Of a DNA stretch of 64,000 nt, positions 22,477 through 35,224 are shown one piece after another; within the stretch, counting starts at the first letter, position 1, and every line of letters begins with the position of its first letter. The DNA is from Takakia lepidozioides (Eukaryota; Plantae; Bryophyta), in NCBI GenBank assembly GCA_030704615.1, contig CM060732.1:54498001-54562000 (forward strand), written 5' to 3'. Under the pieces are notes generated by a model, which saw nothing but the letters and a program-made list of their open reading frames with translations, did no database searches and was not told the origin of the DNA. A program made the translations under genes and the position numbers.

Positions 22477-25343
22477 TCATTGAGCATGTTCAGCTGCGAT
22501 CCTTGTGAGGTTGGTCTGGTACTCCAATTTCAGCTCATAGGTGCCATGGTTGGCACCGCTCTTGTTGTATACACACAAATCTCACTCAGTACCTTCTTTA
22601 GAAAAGCCTGCGATCTCAGACAAAGCAACAGCCCAGATAGTGTCACCTACTGTACAACCTTGCAGCGAACTCCCCTGTCTGGAATTTGCATTGTTCATCC
22701 ACATGGTTACTCAAATACTTGGGGACTATGAAAGCAGCAAATGAGCCCAGATCAAAGTTTTAGACGATGAACACTACATGGAGACTCAAGCACCCTTTCA
22801 CACATTGCCAATATGGCAGCAGCTGAAGCCAGCAGGATTGTACATAAAACATGAAGGACAAGGAAAAGCCCTCATGAACCAGCAGTGAAGTACTTCCAGC
22901 TATCTGCTCAGAAGGTGTTACATTAGACGCTTAGTAAAAATCTGTACTGCATTTGCTGTAGCCTTGTACACCACAAGTGGTTAAACAGCTGGGGCGGAAG
23001 GGAGAGGCAGGGTGTGACAAAATGGGGCTCGCAATCGCTTGTAACTCCTCACCCAGACATAAATCTCTCATCGCCGTCTTACTTACAGACTATGGTAGGT
23101 GCTTTCAGGCTGTGAATACATACCGAAGGCTGGTTTGTTCCTTGCGAAAGGCGCTTCAGGGTGCAGTTAGGCTCCTGCTCAAAGAGCATGAACACAATGT
23201 CCTCAACCTCTCCTTGTGGCTTTCTTAACCGCCTCCCTGTGGCCCTTTTTTTCTTTCTGCAAATTTCCTTGAGCTCTGTTTTGTGCCTCGCCTTCTTGTC
23301 ATGAACCGCCAAAACACCTGAAAACTTCAGTAACAAACCCCCCCCCCCTCTCAGCAACAAACCCCGCTCTTGTTTCCAAATAAGACCCCAGGTTTTTTCT
23401 TTTGAGGCCATGAGAAAGGGTTATAGGGAAAGCAAACCAGCTGACTTATTCTCAAATCCACCAGCTTATAAAGTGGATGACTGCAAATGATAGCCTGCAA
23501 TTCAAATACAGTAGTTTACCAAGGTCGTCAGTCACAAGCAATGGCCTCATCACACCTTTGTGATGCGCTCTTGCAAATTCTCCGACTCATTCTCATCATA
23601 AAGTTCACATTCACGATACCTCATTCTCTAGACAATTCTGAATGTTTGACAAGTAGGTCGCTACAGCAGGAGTTAGAAAAATATTTGGTTCCCTTATACT
23701 GACCCCACTGAAGGACATACTATGATTCAAAGAGATGAAACCAGAGTCCAATATGGTAGAATTCAAGGCTACAGGAGTGGAAATTTGGAAAGCTGTTTGG
23801 CACCCTAGGAACAGGTAAAGAAGAGGAGAAACTGGACATACCATACCTGTGTTCGAGGTCTGTTCTTGGACTTGTCAATACGATTGCAGCAATGCGTAAG
23901 GTACTCCTCATCCATGTTGGGCTTCATGTCAACCTTCTTCTCCACTGTACCTTCTACAGCAATGCTTCCTGCAACATGTCATGAATTACTGATGCACCTG
24001 GGAGAGAGCAGGCATACTTAAAAGTAGTCTATTTTCCATATCTTGCAAGGCAAGGTTTGGTATTTGGGGCTTACTCAAGAAATATGATTGATGCCAACCA
24101 TTGTGTTCAACTCTTATATTTCCATGCTAGGCCTTTCAGGGGGTGCCAGCTGCCTTGAAGAAGGTGAGAGGTTCTAATAGCACCTATACGGCCTCCCCCA
24201 GTCTCCTGACTGGCAAAAATGCAAATTCTTTTGCTTGCTCAGAGTTGTGTTTCGATTGTACTCTTGCCAACCCAACTTGATCACCACCCAAACTTTCGCA
24301 ATGTGAAAGGCCCTTCAAGAACAGGTTCACTGGAATCAACCCAGAGGGCCCATTTAAGTTTTTGGGGATTGGTGCAACTTGAGGCCAACAATAATTCAAA
24401 GAACAAGGCAGGGAAGGCACTGGGATGCAGACAAGAAAAGGAAGCACATACACACATACCCTCAGGGCTTTCTGAGAAGACGTGCATGGGAACTAGACCC
24501 TTGGTCAAGTGGAGCGTGAATTCTTTACATATGGCTGATCCTCCCATTGTCATTAATGTCATTTTGAACTGCCACACACCCCAACATCTATTTTATTAGG
24601 TGCTCCTGCCATGTTGAGCCCCTACCCTCTTCTTCAGCCTGACCTGAAGGCCATGGTCTACACCTTGGGTACTTCCAACAGGCCTCAAGGGACTTACAAA
24701 ATGCAGGAGAATCTCATGAGTAACTATGGATAAGATCTTCACATTGCGATATGCTTATGCACCATCCATTCATGTGCAATCAGCAGCTCTTATTGGTTAG
24801 GGCCTGTTTGTGTCACACTTGATCCCTTGTCTCTCCAGGGAAGTGTATTGGCAGTTGTTCTATACAAGTCTCAAATTCAAAACTTTCTACTCCATAGACG
24901 CACTCTTCCTGTTTGTATTCCACTCACTGTTGAGTAGAGGGGCCCCAGAAATTAGAAAAAGCTGTCCCGTGATGTCTTCTATACCAATGCTGTTGCGATT
25001 ACGCGAGCTCCGTCAATCAAATCCTTCACCTGGGATTTGGTGTCAAGTCCACATTATGAAAGGAAATCTGGATACAAGAAAGAGAGTGGGGGCCCTCTGT
25101 GGTTAGGGGGGGCGGGACGTGAGAAGGACAAGGGAAGAGAACAGACCTGATGAGCAGGAACAGCATCAGGATCCAAGAGATCCTGTGATTCAGTCACTAT
25201 AGCTAGTGTTTGGCTGGTCTGCTGCCATGCATGTGCCACAGCCCTGGGCACCTTGACCAACCACAGAGCAGATTCTGCCCTATCTAACTCCAGGGATGAT
25301 GGCCCTACTCCCAGCCTTTCCTCATACCCCCACTTCCAGCCAT
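22477..25343 (-). pseudogene. Divergent TFIIF beta subunit (RAP30) paralogue, apparently disrupted. Exon blocks ~25343-25147, 24568-24460, 23968-23847, 23317-23124, 22607-22477
   Basis: LELDRAESALWLVKVPRAVAHAW, VPMHVFSESPEGSIAVEGTVEKKVDMKP, EVEDIVFMLFEQEPNCTLKRL..TNQP and AFLKKVLSEICV/YNKSGANHGTYELK are RAP30 signatures. There is a +2 frameshift in the last exon, and the nearest ATG (25343) is out of frame. One middle exon could not be resolved. Confidence 0.75.
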
Positions 25344-27752
25344 GGATCACTCTCTGCCTTTGTCCTCCTCTATCTTTCCAGTTCTTGTCTGGGTTTGTCT
25401 AATACACTTGCTACTTACTAGTTAGGACTTCCTCTACAGAATGCCCCAACTGATTAGTAGCTTGCACAATTAAGCACATGGTTCCCACCTTCATTTTGTA
25501 GGCCAGTTTCTAACAAGTTCTCATTTATTATGGCAAATGATTTTGTTTCTGCGATTCCAGCTACATTAAAGACGGACTTGTCCACCCATGCCTCTCTCTC
25601 CTCGAGAACATTTAATACATGGCCAATCAAAGACAAAACATGGGGAAAGCAGTCCTGAGTCGGTTCTGCAGCAAGGATTCATTCTGTGTAGAACTGAACA
25701 GTCAGGGACCTGAGAGGTCAGGGAACTCCAATAGTCAGACAAACTCAACAGTCTGGTGGAAGGAAGTGACCCGGGCTGCCTTTGGTCTAGCCATCTGAAT
25801 AGGTTCGAGCTTATATGAACCAAGGAAGAGATGAGAAGGATATAGCAGAGCGGAAGAGGAGAGGAAAGCTCTTGTTTACGAAGACGACATCCCATCTACT
25901 CGTCTGCAGTTTGTATATTCTCTCGGATTCAATAAATCGCAAATATGCTCATTCCAAAGGCCCTGCTGGTAGAGATATCCGGCTGGGTGGATAACCTTCA
26001 GTGGAACCTTTGGCTCTGGTCAGGCTATGTGCATGAAGCTCCGGGCTTGTTCTCAACATTGTTATCCGGGAGGATCTATACCAGAAACTCCACTCCAACG
26101 AAGGAGTGCTACCTGTTCGACAGCGCTCTGAGGCTAGTCGTATTGATGAGCCCACCAAACCTTTCCGTCCATGATAATTCACCAGGTAATAATGGAATCT
26201 AAAGCTCCACAATCACCCAAGCAGGCAAGAGCTACATCCGGCCACCTCTGAAGCACCCTGGCGCTATCAACAACGCACGTTGCTGAACCCAAATATTCTT
26301 TGTGAGTTCCCAAATACGGTCAACAAATAATGCACAACAAATCCGTCAGCAGACATACCCAACAAGATTTCACCTGCATTCTCATAGCAACCACGAGTGC
26401 CTGATGGAGCTCATTAAGCTCGCTAAGAACAGCAGCTTCACCAGGTACCTGACGAATGGGAAATATACTGGAACTTCAAGGTAACTCTCAACACAAAAAC
26501 CCAAGAGGCCCCTGCAAGCCCGTAGGTCTGTGATCGAGGTGCCAAAGATGTAGCCAAAGCAGACACCGTCACTGTGCCCAATTCTGAAAAACACGGATGT
26601 TTGTAATGCACCACCATGTCAATACAGGTTTCTCACGCCACCTTCGGTACGCAAACTTTACGCAAACTTCAAGATAAGAGTGCTGTGGCGCTAACGCTAC
26701 CGTAGCAAAGCTCAAATAAATCCGATGGCCATCGCCCCAATGGATGCTGGCTCCTATTGCACCGATTTCCTCCTGTGGATACGGAAGGATGGTGGTCATA
26801 CTGGAATACGCTGCCGCAAAACACAGGAAGATTGCTAAAACGGTCTACAAGAGGCATGACGATCAGACCTGGAATTAAGCACCTATATCAGATCAAGAGC
26901 AAACTCTGCAGCATTCCCGTGAGAAGATGGCATGGGCAACTGGACCTGGGCACAGTGGTTCGAGTCCCTAACTTCATAAAATATGCATGAAATCTATGCA
27001 TGGAACCGCGGGGATTAGGGCTGCCTCAACCTCCAAGTTGACAGCAGCCCTCTCTGTGTTGGGGGCCCTGGTCCCATGAAGGGCCAGCCTCATACCTGCC
27101 CAGACACACTGTTTTAGTTGTAGGCCGTGTAGAGGCGGGACCTGCTTTCACAACAGTTTGGCCAATGAATCGGGGCAGGTGGGGTTGGAAAGCTCTCATT
27201 GTGGACTACAGTACAATCGTACAATCTTCACATTGGCGGCTCTTCAATGGGACCAGGATTCAGAAAAATTATGGTTGTTCAAGAAAGAGAGCGACCCAAA
27301 ACAGATCCCCCTACATTAGTGAGCCGCTTTTTTCTTAACCTTCCTCTCTCCCTCTCTTGTCAAGGCTTTCTTCATCAAAGCTGCACTTGGGCACTTTACA
27401 TATGGATCAACTGAAAGTTCATTTGTCATTTGGAGCTCATCGAGTGACACAACAGCAGTACTTGTCCTCAGTCCTCACTGCCATTTGGGGCACGCTCCCA
27501 TGCTCCTCAGATATTTGGACCGGGTGGATATCCATAACTTATATTTCATCTCACATGAAATGAGGGTGAATCCATCCAGAGAAACCCCCCTCAGAATATC
27601 GGATCGGCTGTCCCTAACATGTAGTAGTTATGCACTACCTATAGGATGAAACCCTGTAAGACTTTATTTACAACATGTGCGATGGGTGAACGTGCATATG
27701 ATCTAAAGCTCCCAAAGAGGGGGGGGGAACAAGAAACAAGAGAAGAAAACAA

Positions 27753-27846
27753 AAAGCTATAGTAAGCTACTCAGCTAGGAAAAAAACCAAAAGCTATAGT
27801 AAGCTACGCAACCAGCGACGAAAACAGAAGCTATAGTAAACTACTC
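27753..27846. repeat. Three copies of AAGCTATAGTAA(G/A)CTAC in the CRE 3' UTR region, next to a G9 run
   Basis: Copies visible near 27754, 27791 and 27828. Confidence 0.7.
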
Positions 27847-30239
27847 AAGCAGAGCAACCCTCCCAGCCAACAGCCTGGAGGAGATCAGGCAAGGAGATAG
27901 GCAAAGTGTCAGGCAGAGGCGGAAGATGAGATGACGCGGAGCTAGCCACATTAGCCCGATGCAAAATAGAGATGGCTTGTGCTCTCTGCAAAGCAACTGA
28001 AACACGTTGTCGATAGTAGGCGACAAGGACGGAGGCATGTGGGATGCCAGTGGACCCGCTCTAGGCTGCATGATGTGCACATGTCCGCAGGAAATCGTCG
28101 AAGTGCCGGTGCAATGAGCCAAATATTTCGACCGCCAGTGGAAGAAATGTGTCGGTGGGGTGACGATCGCTGTGGTCGCACTCATTGGCCTGGGTTGCTA
28201 CAGTGGCTGCCGTGCCTGGTGTAGTAGCTGCGCGAGATAGCAGATCCGCTCGAGTAGGGTCAGCGAGAACGACATCTGCTAAGGTACGCAAACCATCTCT
28301 AGATAGGACGATGTCAACACGGCGACGTGTAGAGTGGGACGTGAGCGTGGGTCGTAGATGTGGTTGCTCACACAGTACATGATACCCTGCCTCCGAGCAA
28401 TAGATGTCACCGCATCGCGAACCATATCATGAGACACAGTGCGCTCACTGCCACATGGACAGCGGAGGAGATGGATGGCAAGGTCATCGATGGGCGAAGA
28501 CAGATGCAGCGCTGAAGGCCCAATGCCGAAGGATGAGGCAAACCGAGTCGAAGGCGGAGCACAGTAGTGAAAATAGGGGATGAGAGGCGAAAATGTGCGA
28601 TAGTGGGTCGTGTTGTCAACCATGCCCCTGCTCCGGGTCCTGCGCATGATAGAAGTCGGGCTCGATGCAACTCAGAAGAAGCACTTGAGAGCATGCCGGA
28701 AAAGAAATGACGGTGCACGCGCTCGGAAATGGACTTCTGAAGATGGTCGAGGCCTTGAGCAACCAACTGCTCAAATGGTGGTAGACATGCTCGCGCCGGT
28801 GCCGGAATAAGATCTCGTGCAGAGCGGAGATGCTGCTAGAATGGTAAAATGCCACTGTCGACATGTACAACAGCGTCCATAAGGATGGGACGATGGTCAC
28901 AGAGAAATCGTGAAGCGAGGGTTGGCGCCACCAATGCCCAACTGCCGAGGAAAGCTGACGGGGCGGTAGTGACAATGGACAAAAGACCCACACCACCGGA
29001 AGAGACGAGCAAGGTGGCGTGCTGTCGTGGCAAAAGTCCCTGAGCACCCTCCAGAGCTCTTGGTCCTAACAATCTCCCGAAGATAGTCATCATGGTAGTA
29101 TTAAACCCAGATAAGAGGTGTAGGAAATCTGGGCTGGGTGGAACAGTGCGCAAGAGATATGAGGGACGCTGAAGGAAACATTTGGTCAAGATTCCATATG
29201 CTACCTGTACATCTTCGAGCCTAGGAAAGAGATCGGCGTCGGTGGCATCCTGGTGGAGTGCATCTTCCAATAAGGACGTTGTGAACTGGGTGGTGCCAAA
29301 AAAGACTCCCAAGATTCTGATGCCATTGGGCGGAGCAATGAAGTGAGCAGGGAGGACAAAATCTGCAGGGAGACCGGACGGAGACCACACCGCACATTTG
29401 CGATGTTGCACTGAAAGGCCCATGGCAGAGAGTTGGGTGACAAAATGATAGTAAGCTGAAAGTACATGTGAGACAAGGCCTACAATGTGGGTGTCGTCTA
29501 CCACCAACGGAAAAAGACAAGATGAGTGAACTTGTGCAGAAGCCGTGAGGACGCGGACATGAGCCATGGCAAACAAAGGTCCTCCTAAAGGGTCGTCTTG
29601 GCGGGTCCCAACCTCGGACTGAATGATGGAGCACTCACCTAGGCGAGAATGATGATTGTAGTATAGGGGAGTGGTGGATGCATAGAATAATCGAACAAAC
29701 GGAATGAGCTGGTGGAAATCTCCTCCGGCTGAACGGAGCTCCTGAAAGATAGCTGCTCGTGACACAGTGTTGAAAGCGTTGGTGACGTCGACCTGGAGAA
29801 CCACCCAATCCGGATGAAGATCAAGAGCTGCACGAATCCCCTGAACCACCGCCTCGCAACCGCCTGGAGTGGCGACCCCGAACTGGTGCGGAAAGAGGTG
29901 TCCGGAGAAGGCATCTCGAAACTGAAGACAAAGTGAGCGGCTGACAATGCGGTAAAGAACCTCTCCAACTGCGATAGGGCGGATGCCAGTACCTGAGGGT
30001 TTGCTCATAGCTAACAATCTGGAGGCCCCAAGGAGACGGGCCACTGGGGCAGGGATACGGCCAGCGGCAATAAAGGAGCAAATCTGAAATAGCTGAGAGA
30101 AGCCACTAGTAGAGTCATGTGGAGAGAAACAGTCGCGTAAGTGTTCATACAGGAGACCGGAAGGACCTGCCGCTGTACAGATGGGGACTGCGCGTGAAGG
30201 CCTGAGTCAAGACCTCCCGAGCTCCGAAGAAAAGGAAAG

Positions 30240-30840
30240 GTGCTCCCCTGGAGCAGGATGAAGATGAAGACCACGAACTTGTTGTTGTTGAGGAGGAAGA
30301 CGATGGCAGGCCATACCAGGACAGGGCAAAAGATCTGTTGTCTTCTCGAAAGTGAACTCAGCCCAAGTCATCAAGGCCATGGGCGTTCCTGGGGGAAAAT
30401 TGATGATCCCACTCTGTAGGTTGATCTCCATGTCGTTCGTCCGACCAGCCCTCACGAATGACATTGCAAAGCTGGAACAGGATTTTTGCCATGGGTACAT
30501 AGAGGGTCAATCTGTGTTCTACGTTTCATTGGGCGACGCCAACGGCAGGGAAGTTTTGGTGGATGAGACCATTGTTGGAGGCTGGGATCCAATATGGCGA
30601 CGCATCAACGAAGAGTTTGAAACAATTATTTGCATGAGGCTTGTTACACAGCCTTTCTCAGGCAAGATGTTCCATGTCTAGGATGGCAACCACCGATTGC
30701 TTGCCTGGCAAAACATGATATCGAGGTATCATAGCACCGAGGAGGAGTGGCACTATTGTGTGGCCTCCATGGTGCTGGATCCCAAGGGAAACATCACTGC
30801 TCTCTTGACAGCAATGCATGACGTGAACAAGTAATTGTCT
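30240..30840 (+). pseudogene. Captured gene fragment with a ParB/Srx-like DGNHR motif, inserted antisense within the CRE ORF
   Basis: Reads IPLCRLISMSFVRPALTNDIAKLEQDFCHGY...FYVS...KMFHV*DGNHRLLAW...LLTAMHDVNK and ends just after a GT donor. CRE-like sequence resumes on both sides. Confidence 0.6.
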
Positions 30841-33800
30841 TTCCTGATCCTGGTCTGGCTCGAAGTGCTCAACAAAAAGCGGCAGAATATCCTAAGCTGA
30901 TGGGTGAAGGGCTTCGAGGGCAGTGACAGTATCTGGTGATGGACTGGTGAGGAAGGTGCTAAAGCCTTGGCCGCGCGTGAGTACTCGCCAACGCGGCCTA
31001 ACATGAAACTATGACGAAGTCGCATGTGGGCCGATGAGGGTGGTTGCGTGGAGGAAGCGGGAGGGGCGCGTGCCGCAAGGGCTAGTGCCCATAATTGATG
31101 CTCATCTTGCAGACTCTCCCAATCTCCAGATAAAAAACGGCGAAGACGGATGCGCGTCTCTCTGTGCCCTGACTGACCGCCACGAAGGGGCAAAACCAAA
31201 CACCACTGAGGAAATAACAAGAAAAGATACCATGCTGGTATATCATCATGATCACGAGCCAGCCTGTCTAAAGGTAGACGGAATGTCAGTTGGACCTCAT
31301 GACGTAGTGCCACCAGAATTCTTGTATAAAGATGAGGCCTTGGCAGTCCTAGCTGAAATGCGCCCAGAACATCTAGCGCTGAAAGCCAATGCCAAGCAGA
31401 GGCAGGAGGTGGCGCGTGTAAGACACTGGGCTGAAATGGAGAAGTACCATTTGTGTGGGACTGATGAAGAGCCGCACACGTGCGCTGGTGTCGCGCAAGC
31501 CCTCTGATACGCGCAAAAAGACGACCGCAAGCTGGGCATGGGGTACGGTCTGATGGGAGAGGCGCCTACTGTTGGGGTAAGAGTGATGGGGTCGGCAATG
31601 TAGGCTGCACAACTGGAGAAGAAGGCACGTGGAGAGGCTCATGACCAAGAGGAGTTGGGCTGCCTTGAAGCCGCTGCCGAGAATGGGATGGAGAACCTGG
31701 AGGAGAAGTGACTGGCGTGGGACCTCGAACCCTACTTGAGAGGCGCAGTGGGGGAGGGCTCAACAGACACTGTGGGAGTTCTTCAGTCGGTGGGGCGCCA
31801 ATGGAAGAACCTGGAATCAGTGGTGGAGAAGACCGTTGTGAAGATGACGACTCTTCTTGAACTTGGTATCTGGAGCTTGGACTCTGGTGCGCATCAGGAA
31901 CATGTGAGCTAGGGGTAGGGGTACGTTGGCGTTGGGGTCTTCCAAGAGGAGCAAGTCTTCCAGTAGGAGCAGTTGCGGCTGTGTTCAGCACCTCTCATTG
32001 CTCTGGGGAGCAAATTGCTAGGAATGGTGGAGTAGGCACTAAAGGGGTTGTGGTGAGGGCTGGAGTTGGCTGCATGTATGGCGTGGGGGCTGAACGGGCT
32101 GGGGACGAGCCGATCGAGGCCACCTAACCGGCGTGGGGCCCACTGTTGCACAACGGCCACTTGCTCACTTAGCGCTGCTACCACTATCGCTACTGCCAAC
32201 ACCTCCACTAAGTTGGCGGCGTTGCAGGCCTCGCCGAGGTCTGGCGGCGACGCAGCTCATCGTAGCTATATCTTTGTTCCTCAAGACTTCGTCAAAGGAA
32301 AGTAATAAACACGTGATGGGATATGTTGTTTGGATCATATCTGTTCTCACAACTGTAAAAGTAACAGAGTATCCGCTGCAGACTGAGGCAGAATACTAAT
32401 AAAGCATCTTGCTATGGCCGTCATTATGCCTTTGTACTTCATGCAAGTCGGCTCAGTTATGGGGCCTCTGGGGCCTCTGAATTTTGTGTGGCCTCGTCGT
32501 TATGAGGCCACACAAAGGCCGTGGAGGAGAGTGGCTCCAGGCAGCGCATGCAAAGTTGGAAATACGTTTGAAAGCAGCGCAGCGTCTTGTGGGTCCAAGT
32601 TGATTTTAACCCCGCAATGCTCTGTACGCGCGTTCCAAAGTCTTCACACCGAATGTTCTTGTTTGGCCGAGAGCTGCTCCTTCGTCTGCTGATCCACAGC
32701 ACAAAGACCATATCAGGCACTATCTGGACTGCTTCAGCTGCCTTGTTAATCTTACGTATGCAACGTTGATCTGTTCAGTGTTTGGTGCGATACACATTCC
32801 ACAACAATTATGTGTACGCTGTTCTTGTCGAGTTTTTGTCCTCCGTCACTTTCCACATGCACTGCAGCACTTTCGGGTTTTGTTTTTGGTGTGATCTGCA
32901 TGTTCAACAACTGTAGGTGCCCTGTTCTTGACCTAAATGCGGCTGCTTTACCCTTCTGTCTTCCATGCGATTCCTACCGTTGATATAACATTCCAAGCAG
33001 GCCCTTACCACTTCCCTTTTGGTGTGTTGACAGAGAGCGCTCGTCTGCTAATCAAGATCATACGAAACAATGTGCCACTGAACTCCTGCACCTGCCTGGT
33101 CAATCTCTCCGAGTCAAAATTGATCTATTCTGTTCGCGTCACATAGGGTGCAACAGAAGGTATGTACAACTTCAAGTCAGCTCCACCCTCGGCCTTTGGC
33201 ACAGTCCTGTTCTCCTCCAACCTTTGATATGTTAATTCACTGGGCGCACGGAGCATGTGTGTTGCAAAAGGGCACACAAGCAGTGGTTCTAATATGAAGA
33301 CACGTTAAATGCACTGTACATATATGCAAAAGTGTCATCAGGCCCGCGTAACCCCATTTTCTTGTGTTGGCGGGGACCTCGACTGGTCATCCACATCCTG
33401 CAATACAAAGCCCTTGTCAGTTGCCTTGGACTACTTCATGTGCCTGGCCAAATTCTCTCACTCTCTGATTTACTACAACAGATGTATGTACCCTGTTCTT
33501 CACCTCAATTCAGCTGTAGCCTGGCTCCCTAATCACACTCTTGTCTCCGTCACTTTCCTGCCTTGATACATTCCACCAGCCATATGCAGTAAAAATGCTT
33601 GAAAACAACACTTGGTGATAAGGATACTCTCTGCAGCGAAAGCCGCTGAACTCACCATGGAAGGAGTCAACAGGCACTACAGCAATGCCACCACACAGAA
33701 GCACTCAGTTCAAATGACATTTGATTAAATGTTTTCTTCTTCCTACAGGCGCCCTTTGAAGCCAAGAAGGTTGACTGTACACCCATAGTGCTTTCCCTGT

Positions 33801-35224
33801 TCGTGTGATGTGACATAATTATTGACTTGCGGAAAGAGGTGGGAAAGCAGGGGAATGCACAACATCTTAGACTTTGCTAACGAGCTCGTCTAGAAGTGAC
33901 GAAAAATTGTTGACTCCAGCACTGCTGATGTAGCCCGAGTTCACCCAAATGTGGGTGTCAGTGCTTCTGGCGGAGAGAGAGTTTATAGAGGGACGATCTG
34001 GTCGAGAACGCAGTGGGTGACAGGGTTGTTGTTGGACCAACTGAGCATGGACATGAAGTACGTTGACGCTGTTGGGCAAACCTCTCTGGGATCTCTGGTC
34101 GTCATACTTGCATGTGTTGTATGAGTGGACCAATGAGTGGCACCCTGACAAAAAAGCACATGAAGATGCCACATGACAGCCTGTGACTGTGACAGAAGGT
34201 ATGCACCTGTACCTAGCATTTTTGCAACGGTCAAAGCTGTGATTACTCTTTCAGAGAGGCAAGTTCTTTCCCATTTCTTGTGAGTGTGTTTTAATTCCAC
34301 ATCTTTCTCTTGAATCAGGCCTCTCCACTGGTAGTATGTTTAGGTGCTTTTACAGCCTCTATATAGGAGAAAGGCCCCAGTAGACCTGACTGAACTATTA
34401 TTTTGCATATGGACTTCCCTTTGCGAACCTAAGAACAACCATGGCATTCAGCAAAAATAAGAAGGTTAGCTATACACCCATAGTATTATCGCCGTTGGTG
34501 TGATGCTGCATATTGACTCCTGGAAAGTGGTGGGAAAGAGGGAAAGCACACCAGAAGCTAGTCTTGAAGGAAAATTTGTTCCTTCCAGCACTCTGCTGTT
34601 GCCCCCCGTGTTGTCCCCAATGTAGGTCTGTGTATGTCAGAGAGAAAGACAGTCTGGTGAAGGCCACAGTGGGTGGCAGGTTGTTGGACGGGCTGAGCAA
34701 GGATTATAAGGACGATGAAGCTGCTGGGCATTTTCTAAACATTCCTGTGCATCTTATGTGGTAAGCTTACTTCGCATATTTCAGATAAATGGACCAATTG
34801 TGAATCCCTTAGGTAGAAGGGCAACATGGCAGAGGCTGTGATTGGAACAGTAGGCATGTGTCTTACCTAACATTCCTGCTTGAATCAAAGCTGTGGTTAT
34901 TGGTGAAATTCAAATTAGTTGTACTTTGAAAAGTCAAGCTTTTATATTCATCATGGTCATTTCTGTGCTTGGAGTCCACATCTTTCCTGTTGTGTGAGGC
35001 CTCGTCAATGGTAGTAATTTGAAGTGATTTACAGCCTATGTATAACAGTGAAGGCCCCAGTACCCCTGGCCAACCTATTTTGTCCCCCTGTGGACTTTCC
35101 ATTTGAGAGCCTAAGAACATTCGTGGGATTCTTTTTTTGAGGAAATCAGTCAGAATGTGGGAACTGACAGAGTTGATCAGCAGGACAGCACCCACTCACC
35201 AGGATGTGATCCGCATCCTAGGAG

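Larger units (their letters stand above)
27720..32270 (-). mobile_element. Degenerate CRE-clade non-LTR retrotransposon (RT, zinc finger, restriction-like endonuclease)
   Basis: RT motifs GIRPIAVGEV, HQFGVATPGGCEAVV, DVTNAFN, GTRQ(D)DPLGG, VVDDTHIV. C-terminal HRARLLSCAGPGAGAWL, LRLRLGLP, CIC..HLLRCPCG.ER...HD.VRD, then RRVDIV..LADVV..DTFLPLAVE.FG (PD-(D/E)xK-type RLE). Many frameshifts; the ends are approximate. Confidence 0.82.

Noticed and set aside
25560-26990. Possible second F-box-like pseudogene on the minus strand
   Set aside because: Only faint motif hints (LRACRGLLGFCV, IYKLQTSRWDVV) with no continuous frame; not supportable by eye.
32260-32280. Inverted similarity between the CRE 5' end and its 3' repeats (possible TIRs)
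   Set aside because: Short, gapped match; insufficient to call terminal inverted repeats.
34702-34719. FLAG-tag-like DYKDDE coding sequence
   Set aside because: Only a partial match, in a short intergenic ORF with no vector context; chance.
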